Source: Candidatus Uhrbacteria bacterium
Lineage (GTDB): Bacteria; Patescibacteriota; Patescibacteriia; UBA9934
Reading direction: 5' to 3'
NCBI GenBank assembly: GCA_943354605.1
Contig: CALRCK010000001.1
Span: 84,936 to 148,935, forward strand
DNA: 64,000 nt
Shown piece after piece: positions 7,401 through 14,866 of this stretch (its first letter is position 1; every line of letters begins with the position of its first letter). The notes under the pieces were generated by a model that worked only from the letters and a program-made list of their open reading frames with translations, had not been told where the DNA came from and ran no database searches. Made by a program: the position numbers and the translations under genes.

Positions 7401-7460
7401 GTTCGTCAGTACGCGTGACACACGACGGCGCCGCCATTCCTGAATAGGGGTGGCGGCGTT
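7401..7460 (+). terminator. conserved 24-nt motif GTTCGTCAGTACGCGTGACACACG followed by a GC hairpin and T-run
   Basis: The motif at 7401-7424 is identical at 23 of 24 positions to 16051-16074. Here it is followed by the hairpin GCGCCGCCA…TGGCGGCG and then TTTCGATTTT. Confidence 0.5.
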
Positions 7461-7494
7461 TCGATTTTAGAAGCGCTTTGCCGCTATTTTGTTT

Positions 7495-7578
7495 CAGTCA
7501 TGTTGAGCGCAGCGAAACATCTCCGCAGGGAGTGCTGGTAACCTACGGGAGATTCTTCACTTCGTTCAGAATGACTGA
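7495..7578. repeat. palindromic hairpin repeat (family R2), copy A
   Basis: GTCATGTTGAGCGCAGCGAAACATCTCC … GGGAGATTCTTCACTTCGTTCAGAATGAC form imperfect inverted arms. It sits between convergent gene ends. Confidence 0.55.
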
Positions 7579-7585
7579 TCGGATT

Positions 7586-8917
7586 CTATACGTGAGTTTT
7601 GCGCGATACCAACATTCCTACCAAACAGAATGCGGTGAGTATCACTAAATCATTTTTGAAAAATGGGACATCGACCAAGCCATGAATCGTCATTGTGAGT
7701 ATTGCGGCAGCGAAGGCAAGGACCAGCGCGTCGTCTTTGCGTCGCCATGCGGTTCGCGTAAGAAGGAACGCTCCAGTGATCAGGCCAATAAGGCCAATAA
7801 GACCCATTTCTGACCACACATTCAGCATGATGTTGTGCGGATACTGAAAAATTTCGTAGAACGTCGCGTCGTGATACGGCGCAAGCGCTGCAGGGTAGCC
7901 GTTCAGGCCGGCCCCAAGGAACGGGCGATCTGCAAGCATGGTGAGCGTTTCACTCCATTGCGCGCGGCGAACAAGGCCGGACGAATCGTGGAGTGCAATT
8001 TTTTGAATGATCGACGGCGCGAAGAGCGACACCGCACATGCTCCGGTAATGGTTGCGGCGATGATGGCGTATTTGATTCGTCCAGCAATCGGCGCGAGGA
8101 GTCCGACGATCACGAGCGCAACGGGGATTGCGACAAGAGCGGCTTCTGTTTTTGCTGCAACAATTCCGCCGAGCATGAGGAAGATTGTAATGATTTCAGA
8201 TACACCCAAGCCCCCTCCAACTCCCCCATAAATGGCGGAGAGAAGCCCGGTGATTCCTCTCCCCCCATTTATGGGGGGAGTCGGAGGGGGGCTTTTACGC
8301 ACGGAGAGGATTCGATTGGAAAGCTGCACCATCGCCATCGTCACGATTGGCGCAATAAAGAGTCCGACAGCATTTGGATAATCATACAGCGATGTTGCGC
8401 GGTTCTCGATGGCCCAAGCGTCCGGAATACCAACGTGGGTGAGGATCTGCAGAATAGCGAGTATACCAACGGCGGTTGCCGATGCAATGAGCACGTTGAT
8501 CATACGTTCGACGTCGTCACGATCAGTCATAACCGCTCTGACCACGAACGCGAGGAGCATTGGTTCAATGATGTACGCCTTCAGAATGCCGAGCGCAGAA
8601 AGCGTGTCTGGTGCGATGATGGTAGAAATTATTCCGGCGATGACGACGAGTGCCATCGGAATCCGATACCAGCCAAACGATTCCCAAATCGTAGAGACGG
8701 CCCGGCGGGCCGTTTCCGACCGTAATCGAATCACCGCATTCGCGATCGTAATTAAAAGGAATCCTTCAAGCAGCGTGGAAGGAATCGGTCCAATAGTGAA
8801 TCGAACGAGATACGTCGGCAGGAGCGCGAAGAGGAGAACAATGCCGAGTTTTTGATTTCGCCACGAAAGAACAGCAAAGGCGGCGATTACGGCGGTGACG
8901 AGGATGGGGAAGATCAT
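7586..8917 (-). CDS. polytopic membrane protein, O-antigen ligase/polymerase-like (Wzy_C-type) candidate
   Basis: It is 443 aa with about 10-12 hydrophobic helices and sits adjacent to the Wzx-like flippase. The family assignment is by architecture only. Confidence 0.4.
   Translation of the reverse strand: MIFPILVTAVIAAFAVLSWRNQKLGIVLLFALLPTYLVRFTIGPIPSTLLEGFLLITIANAVIRLRSETARRAVSTIWESFGWYRIPMALVVIAGIISTIIAPDTLSALGILKAYIIEPMLLAFVVRAVMTDRDDVERMINVLIASATAVGILAILQILTHVGIPDAWAIENRATSLYDYPNAVGLFIAPIVTMAMVQLSNRILSVRKSPPPTPPINGGRGITGLLSAIYGGVGGGLGVSEIITIFLMLGGIVAAKTEAALVAIPVALVIVGLLAPIAGRIKYAIIAATITGACAVSLFAPSIIQKIALHDSSGLVRRAQWSETLTMLADRPFLGAGLNGYPAALAPYHDATFYEIFQYPHNIMLNVWSEMGLIGLIGLITGAFLLTRTAWRRKDDALVLAFAAAILTMTIHGLVDVPFFKNDLVILTAFCLVGMLVSRKTHV
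8208..8294. repeat. 87-nt near-perfect GC-rich palindrome embedded in-frame in the ligase-like CDS
   Basis: The arms are AAGCCCCCTCCAACTCCCCCATAAATGG and CCATTTATGGGGGGAGTCGGAGGGGGGCTT. The right arm (8257-8294) matches ileS 62597-62634 at 37 of 38 positions. In the protein it encodes …SPPPTPPINGGRGITGLLSAIYGGVGGGLG…. Confidence 0.6.
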
Positions 8918-8935
8918 AGAAAATATTCACAGAGA

Positions 8936-9018
8936 TCGTGTCATTCTGAGCGAAGCGAAGAATCTTCGTCGTGACCAACACGTAACCCACGAGAGATTCT
9001 TCGCTTCGCTCAGAATGA
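8936..9018. repeat. palindromic hairpin repeat (family R2), copy B
   Basis: GTCATTCTGAGCGAAGCGAAGAATCTTCG … CGAGAGATTCTTCGCTTCGCTCAGAATGAC is a near-perfect inverted repeat, 3' of the flippase gene. Confidence 0.6.
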
Positions 9019-9027
9019 CTGAAGAAG

Positions 9028-10485
9028 CTACGTCACGATTCCCGGATCGGGTCGGAATAATCGGAGCAGCGATTTTGGCGACGGGCCACCGAGTGCGGCG
9101 AGGGTGGTGATGTATAGAACCGTTCCCATCGGAACAGAGACAAATGCGCTTATGTCGCGAACGGCGTACAGACCGAATGCCATGACAAGCGATGCTCCAA
9201 GACACTTGGTGAAGATTTTGAGGTCCGGCTTCCATTCCGTGTGTCGAATAACGACAACGGCGGCGATGGTGCCAATGAGCGTTTCGGCAAACAACGACAT
9301 TGCCGCAGCGGCCCACATGCCAAACCGAGGAATAAAGATTGCGTAGCCGATGAGTGTGAGCGTTGCCACGAATGCGTAGGCAAACGTCATCACACGCTGT
9401 TTGCCGATTGCGACAACCGTGTAGGAGAAGAGGGAACCGAGGAACACGGCGGTGGCAGTGGGGCCGAGAATCGCGAGCACCTGTCCGGCCGGACCAAGGG
9501 AAGATTTGATGAGGGTCATTACGGCAACGCCACACAATATGCTCCCAAATGCGAATGGAACGCCGAGCATCACGAGCATATCGAAGCCGTCCTGCATGCG
9601 CTTTGCGAAGAGCGGGCGGTTGTGTGCGGCCCATGCGGCAACAAGAAGGGGGAGGAGTAGGCCCATGAGCGTTGTTGGCACCGTCGTCACCACGTCGATG
9701 ACTTTATACGCGCCGCCGTAATAGCCGATTTCCGTATCGGACCGGCCAAAGAACCACATAAAGAGCACGTCACCCTTTAAGTAGAGCAGGTTAAAGAAGA
9801 TCGAAATGCCGATCGGCCAGCTTTTTTCGAAAATGGTTTTCGCGATGCGTTTGTCGAAGCTAAACGACATTGGAATGTGGGTTCTCACGCTGCGGAGCAT
9901 CACAACGACGTGAACGATCCCGCCAACCACAAACGCGAATGCAGCGGCACCAAGCCCAAGATGCCAGAGCCATACGGCAAACACGCCAAGAAACGCAACA
10001 AATCGGTTCGCGGTTTCGGCGAGCGTTGCTTGGGTGAGCATGAGGCGTTTTTGAAACACTCCCACGAACACCTGGGCGATGGAGCTAAAGAAGAACGATC
10101 CTGCAAAGAAGAGGATTGCGAGGCGTTCATCCGGCGTCGTCGGCAAGAACATCGCCGAAATCGGTGCGATGCTTAAAAAGACAAATGCGCTGATCATGCG
10201 AACAGAGAAAATGGTTCCGAGGATTTTCTTTTCGTCTGCGCCCGGTTCCGAAATCATCTGCGCCGTGGTGAGCGTTAGCCCGAAGTCGACGAGGATCGCG
10301 AACACTGAGGCGTAGGTCTGTGCCTTGGTGAGTGCGCCATAACCAGAATCATCAAGTGTGTGAATGAGAAGCCAAAAGGTGACGAGTCCAAGAATGGTGC
10401 CAACAATCTTGCCGATCACTTGAATCACGGTGTTTTTCGCGAGCGCGCTGCGTTCGGTGGACATAGTTAGTGCAAATGATAGCAA
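9028..10485 (-). CDS. MOP-superfamily polysaccharide flippase (Wzx-like)
   Basis: It is 485 aa with about 12-14 TM helices, and its size and topology are typical of Wzx/MurJ-type transporters. An alternative start is at 10464. Confidence 0.5.
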   Translation of the reverse strand: MLSFALTMSTERSALAKNTVIQVIGKIVGTILGLVTFWLLIHTLDDSGYGALTKAQTYASVFAILVDFGLTLTTAQMISEPGADEKKILGTIFSVRMISAFVFLSIAPISAMFLPTTPDERLAILFFAGSFFFSSIAQVFVGVFQKRLMLTQATLAETANRFVAFLGVFAVWLWHLGLGAAAFAFVVGGIVHVVVMLRSVRTHIPMSFSFDKRIAKTIFEKSWPIGISIFFNLLYLKGDVLFMWFFGRSDTEIGYYGGAYKVIDVVTTVPTTLMGLLLPLLVAAWAAHNRPLFAKRMQDGFDMLVMLGVPFAFGSILCGVAVMTLIKSSLGPAGQVLAILGPTATAVFLGSLFSYTVVAIGKQRVMTFAYAFVATLTLIGYAIFIPRFGMWAAAAMSLFAETLIGTIAAVVVIRHTEWKPDLKIFTKCLGASLVMAFGLYAVRDISAFVSVPMGTVLYITTLAALGGPSPKSLLRLFRPDPGIVT

Positions 10486-10510
10486 GAATTGTTACAATAC
10501 GCTTGCATCT

Positions 10511-12358
10511 ATGCTCTCATTTTTTCGTCGAATCTGTTCTGCATTCGTCGTGGCGGCTGCGGTTCTTTCCCTTTGCCCTTTGCCCACTGCTCACGCAGCG
10601 GTGTACTCGGCATTGCAAGTCACGAATTCTGGCGGTGGAACAATCACCATGACGCCGGGCGAAGTGAAGACGATTACCACAACATTTCAAAATACTTCCG
10701 ATTTTACGTGGAAGAACGACGGCGCAGGGTACGTTTCGCTTTACACATACGGCCCAAAATATCGCACGAGTGTGTTTGATCCTGGCACGTGGCTTTCGCC
10801 AAGCCAGGTGAAACGCATGGCCGAGGCGTCGGTCGCAAAGGGAAAGATTGGAACATTTACCTTCCAGTTGAAGGCGCCAACAACCACCGGAACATACGCG
10901 GAAACATTTAAGTTGGCCTCAGAGTCGTATTCCTGGTTCGACGGCGGGGAGTTTACGTTGAATATCACCGTGAAGAATGCGGCGACGACCACAGCAAAAT
11001 CGACCACTTCATCGTCGTCGACCACCACGACCACGCCGACATCAACCACAGTCTCGTCTGACCACGCGACGCTCTCCATGGTTTCCGCAAACAAGGTGAA
11101 GGCAGTGGCAGGGAAGTCGGTCACGCTTTCTGCGGGGTTTAAAAATACGGGAACAACCACATGGAAGAGCTACGGGCTTCGTGCGCCGGACATGAGCATC
11201 GCGTCCACGGGATCGTTTAAGCATGTATCGTGGAAGGGTGACATTGTAACGTCGACCGTCGGAACCGTGAAGCCGGGGGAGACGGCATATGTGACGTTTG
11301 CGATTACGGCGCCAAAAACGAACGGCACACACACGGCGAAATTCCAGTTTACCGCAAACGATGCCGCCGTTGACGATACATTTGTTTCTATTCCGGTTGA
11401 GGTTACCGGTGGCGCCGCTGAAGCAATCAATGCACCGAAGGACGACAGCGTTGACGATGGAAGTCAGAGTGTTGCGTACATCGACGAACCAACGATTCGT
11501 GTTGGTGTGCTTATTGTGGACGAGGAAACGGATAGCCAAGTCGTCATTACGTCGGACGACAGTGATTTCGACGTAAAGGATATTGATGGCAACTTGTTGG
11601 CCGAAATGAAAAAGGGGCAATCGGTGACTGCAGCGTGGAACGGAAAAACATACACATTCGATAGGGGGAAGGGTGTTGAGAAAGTTTCAAGCGGCATCCG
11701 GTTTATTCCAAAAACCGTAAATGCAGTGATGAAAGTCTCGAATTTTGATCGTAAAGTGACACGTGGGTCGTCGTTTACGGACAATACGTTCCGAAACATT
11801 CTTGAACTTCGATACAACACGCCAAACGATCGCACATGGCTCATCAACGAGCTGCCGATGGAGTATTACCTTCGCGGCTTGGCGGAAACATCCAACATCT
11901 CGCCAGCAGAATTCCAGAAAACGCTCATCACCGCAGCGCGAACGTACGCGTTTTATCACTGGAGCCGCGCCACAAAACATAAGAGCGAATATTTCCACGT
12001 GGATGCGTGGCTCGATCAGGTCTATAAAGGGTACGGTCAAGAAGCTCGAACGCCGAATCTCACCGCAGCAGTGGACGCAACGCGTGGAAGAATTGTGACG
12101 TATCAAGGCGAGACGGCAATTACGCCATACTTCTCCCGTAGTGACGGCCGTACGCGAAGTTGGAGCGAGGTGTGGTACGGCACGGTGCCATGGTGTGTGG
12201 GCGTTACAGTTCCGGCTGATGCTGGAAAGACGTTGTGGGGACATGGCGTTGGAATGTCCGCATCTGGCGCGCTCGCGATGGCCAACGACGGCCAAACATA
12301 CGACCAAATCCTGAAATACTTTTACACGGGCATTGATGTGACGAAAAAGTGGGAATAG
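10511..12358 (+). CDS. secreted SpoIID/LytB-domain protein (peptidoglycan-active, amidase-enhancer-like) with an N-terminal Thr/Ser-rich region
   Basis: The start is MLSFFRR…, with the signal peptide inside the ORF 10430..12358. The C-terminal region carries SpoIID/LytB-like motifs (…YYLRGLAE…TYAFYH…DQVYKGYGQE…YFSRSDGRTRSW…). Confidence 0.65.
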   Translation: MLSFFRRICSAFVVAAAVLSLCPLPTAHAAVYSALQVTNSGGGTITMTPGEVKTITTTFQNTSDFTWKNDGAGYVSLYTYGPKYRTSVFDPGTWLSPSQVKRMAEASVAKGKIGTFTFQLKAPTTTGTYAETFKLASESYSWFDGGEFTLNITVKNAATTTAKSTTSSSSTTTTTPTSTTVSSDHATLSMVSANKVKAVAGKSVTLSAGFKNTGTTTWKSYGLRAPDMSIASTGSFKHVSWKGDIVTSTVGTVKPGETAYVTFAITAPKTNGTHTAKFQFTANDAAVDDTFVSIPVEVTGGAAEAINAPKDDSVDDGSQSVAYIDEPTIRVGVLIVDEETDSQVVITSDDSDFDVKDIDGNLLAEMKKGQSVTAAWNGKTYTFDRGKGVEKVSSGIRFIPKTVNAVMKVSNFDRKVTRGSSFTDNTFRNILELRYNTPNDRTWLINELPMEYYLRGLAETSNISPAEFQKTLITAARTYAFYHWSRATKHKSEYFHVDAWLDQVYKGYGQEARTPNLTAAVDATRGRIVTYQGETAITPYFSRSDGRTRSWSEVWYGTVPWCVGVTVPADAGKTLWGHGVGMSASGALAMANDGQTYDQILKYFYTGIDVTKKWE

Positions 12359-12360
12359 TG

Positions 12361-12585
12361 CTATCGGAACGAGAAAATCTTTTCGACGGGTGCTCGGAAA
12401 TATTCTGCAATACGGAGTGCGGTGAAGAGGGATGGCTGAGCTGTCCCTTTTTCGATTGCAACGAGGGCTTGGCGGCTGATCCCGAGCTCTTTTGCGAGAT
12501 CGGTTTGAGAAATTGGCTCGACGATGCGAAGTGAATAGATACGGGAAATGAATCGAATGTTTTTTTGATGAGAGTATGAATGCAT
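12361..12585 (-). CDS. XRE-family helix-turn-helix transcriptional regulator
   Basis: The sequence ISQTDLAKELGISRQALVAIEKGTAQPSLFTALRIAEYF is a classic Cro/CI-type HTH. The ORF extends to 12645 if an upstream Met is used. Confidence 0.6.
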   Translation of the reverse strand: MHSYSHQKNIRFISRIYSLRIVEPISQTDLAKELGISRQALVAIEKGTAQPSLFTALRIAEYFRAPVEKIFSFR

Positions 12586-12689
12586 AAGGAGGATCTGAAC
12601 TGATCTTTGATGGGGTTGTGAGGAATAGCGTGATGACGAATGCACATCATCGGCGATCCTGGGTGTGCGATTTGAATATTGATGTTTGT

Positions 12690-12765
12690 CAAGTTGACTT
12701 TACATTTCACGTCGATATTTGCCAATGATTTTGCACGTCGAGTGTCAAGTCAACTTGACAGTTGT
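12690..12765. promoter_or_regulatory. inverted-repeat operator candidates upstream of the XRE regulator
   Basis: TGTCAAGTTGAC (about 12693) and TGTCAAGTCAACTTGACAG (about 12744) are palindromic half-sites in the intergenic promoter region. Confidence 0.3.
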
Positions 12766-12880
12766 GAATTGTATTATTGGACACTTAATCGCCGAGCGTG
12801 TGGCGTTACCGTCGTCGATGTCGGTATCTCTGCTTGGTTCCCTCTCACTCCATCCAAGATCAGTTCACTCCGGATCAGCG

Positions 12881-13453
12881 CTATTCACCCGGTACTTCTT
12901 CTTCATGATGCACTGCATGTCCGTGGGTGTTTTTACAGGTTTTCGCAAGTCCTCCAATCGCAATCTTCACGTCCTCGGGATTATCAATATTTTTGAATTG
13001 GAACCTCTCGCGTTCTGCCGCGGTTTGCACAAAGACGTCGCCAAACGTGAGGAACGTTGCAAGCAATCCTTTTTGTTCGCTTGTCACGTCTTGAATTTGG
13101 TAGAGGTACACCTCGGAAACCACGCGGTTGAACAGTCCTTGCTGTTCCGTATTGATGATACGTTCGGTGGTGACGATCCATACATCAAGCCAGTAATCGG
13201 TCACTTCAGTGAGGGTGAGGACGAGAATGACGAGAAGGTAGGCGACGAGGGTTACTACGAGTGCCGGACCCCAGAACACGTGAGCAATGAGATCTGGATT
13301 CGCAAACTCGATGAGCGTCCCAACGACGACGGGAAGCACAAAGAGCACGCCGCTAAAGAAGAAAATGCGGATAAGATCAATCCAATGCCTGCGCAAAAAA
13401 AGCACGACTTTCTCGTTCGGCAATGCGTTCGGAAGGGTACTGAGATTCATCAT
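12881..13453 (-). CDS. membrane protein with bacterial PH-like domain (YdbS/YdbT-like, DUF304-type) candidate
   Basis: Two TM helices are followed by …VVLFLRRHW…ITTERII…, a pattern typical of bPH_2 proteins. The start was chosen at MMNL, which gives an ATGATGA overlap with the upstream small gene. Confidence 0.4.
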   Translation of the reverse strand: MMNLSTLPNALPNEKVVLFLRRHWIDLIRIFFFSGVLFVLPVVVGTLIEFANPDLIAHVFWGPALVVTLVAYLLVILVLTLTEVTDYWLDVWIVTTERIINTEQQGLFNRVVSEVYLYQIQDVTSEQKGLLATFLTFGDVFVQTAAERERFQFKNIDNPEDVKIAIGGLAKTCKNTHGHAVHHEEEVPGE

Positions 13454-13737
13454 AAGCCAAAGGACGACGAGCTGCCGCCGGTAAACGGAAGAATGTCGCG
13501 AAGCGTCACAGTTTCGGTCCACTTGATATCGAGAAGTGCGGTGACCCCAAGAACAAAAACAAAGAGATAACTCACGATGTACACCAAAATGAGCGCAATC
13601 GCGCCGCGACCAACCACGCCGTAGCGTGCAAGGTGGAAAATGTTAAAAAAGAGAAACAGTGCCGTGAACGCAACAATGAACGCAAGCGGCACGAGGAGAA
13701 TCCACAATGGAATATCCATACGTGCGTATTGTAGCAT
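13450..13737 (-). CDS. small hydrophobic membrane protein
   Basis: It is 95 aa with 3 predicted helices, and appears translationally coupled to the downstream PH-like gene. Confidence 0.3.
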   Translation of the reverse strand: MLQYARMDIPLWILLVPLAFIVAFTALFLFFNIFHLARYGVVGRGAIALILVYIVSYLFVFVLGVTALLDIKWTETVTLRDILPFTGGSSSSFGL

Positions 13738-14753
13738 TATTTTGTGCGTCCCAAATGTTCGTATGCTCGGGCGGTTGCCATTCTTCCGCGTGGTGTGCGC
13801 TCTAAAAATCCAAGTTGCAGCAAATACGGTTCGTATACTTCTTCGATCGCCTCTGTTTCTTCTTGTGTTGCGGCAGCAAGCGTGCCAAGACCAACGGGAC
13901 CGCCGTTGAATTTGTCGATGAGCGTTCCAAGGAGATGGCGATCAACGGGATCGAGACCAAGATTATCAATCGCGAGCATGGCGAGTGCTTCGTGTGCAAT
14001 GTCCGGAGTGAGGATTCCTTCATGACGAATCTGTGCAACGTCGCGAACGCGTTTCAAGAGACGGTTGGCGATGCGTGGTGTCTTTCGTGCACGGCACGCG
14101 ATGGTTTTCGCGGTGTCTTCGTCCATGTCGAGGTTGAGAATCTTCGCGCTGCGATGAAGAATCTTCGCCATGTCGTCGTCGGAATAGAAGTTGAGGTGCA
14201 GCGTGCAGCCGAAGCGATCGCGGAGTGGGGCCGAGAGCAATGAGAGGCGCGTGGTTGCGCCGATGATGGTAAACGGTTCCAGGGTTAATCGGAGCGTGCG
14301 TGCCGACGGGCCTTTTCCAACCACAAGATCAAGCGCAAAGTCTTCCATTGCCGGATACAACACTTCTTCAATATTGTGATTCATGCGGTGAATTTCGTCG
14401 ATGAACAGCACGTCGCCACGGGAAAGGTTGGAGAGAATCGCGGCAAGATCGCCAACGCGCTCCAGTGCCGGCCCGCTCGTGACACGAACATTCGCGCCCA
14501 TCTCTGCGCCAATGATGTGCGCAAGGGTTGTTTTGCCAAGCCCAGGATTACCGTACAGAAGAAGGTGTTCAATCGGTTCGTTGCGTGCTTTTGCGGCGCT
14601 GATGAAAATCGAAAGATTGGTTTTTAAATCGTTTTGCCCAACAAAATCATCCAGCCGCGACGGCCGCAGGGTATTTTCGACGGTTTGCTCTTCCGGATCC
14701 GCTGTTTTTTCAACGATCCGTGGCGCGTCGCTTCGTTCTTCTTCGTGCAACAT
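13737..14753 (-). CDS. ruvB: Holliday junction branch migration ATPase RuvB
   Basis: It has the Walker A motif [11 protein letters not shown] and LFIDEIHR, plus the conserved RuvB C-terminal winged-helix region. It is 338 aa. Confidence 0.9.
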   Translation of the reverse strand: MLHEEERSDAPRIVEKTADPEEQTVENTLRPSRLDDFVGQNDLKTNLSIFISAAKARNEPIEHLLLYGNPGLGKTTLAHIIGAEMGANVRVTSGPALERVGDLAAILSNLSRGDVLFIDEIHRMNHNIEEVLYPAMEDFALDLVVGKGPSARTLRLTLEPFTIIGATTRLSLLSAPLRDRFGCTLHLNFYSDDDMAKILHRSAKILNLDMDEDTAKTIACRARKTPRIANRLLKRVRDVAQIRHEGILTPDIAHEALAMLAIDNLGLDPVDRHLLGTLIDKFNGGPVGLGTLAAATQEETEAIEEVYEPYLLQLGFLERTPRGRMATARAYEHLGRTK

Positions 14754-14866
14754 ACGTTATCAAAATTGTACCGTATGGATTGACTTTTCACCATTTTTTG
14801 TGTTGAAATGCGCGCACCGCGACCCCCCGCGGAGCAGGAGAACATTCCATTTCACAGGAGCCAGCA

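Noticed and set aside
7375-7460. Interpreting the conserved 24-nt motif plus hairpin as integron attC sites
   Set aside because: There is no GTTRRRY core or inverse core, no R''/L'' symmetry and no integrase (intI) in the window. The hairpins downstream differ between copies, so an integron-cassette interpretation is not supported.
12719-13570. 283-aa plus-strand ORF opposite the PH-domain and small membrane genes, and the 336-aa ORF 20703..21713 opposite the LTD gene
   Set aside because: The translations are low-complexity, and these are shadows of well-formed genes on the other strand.
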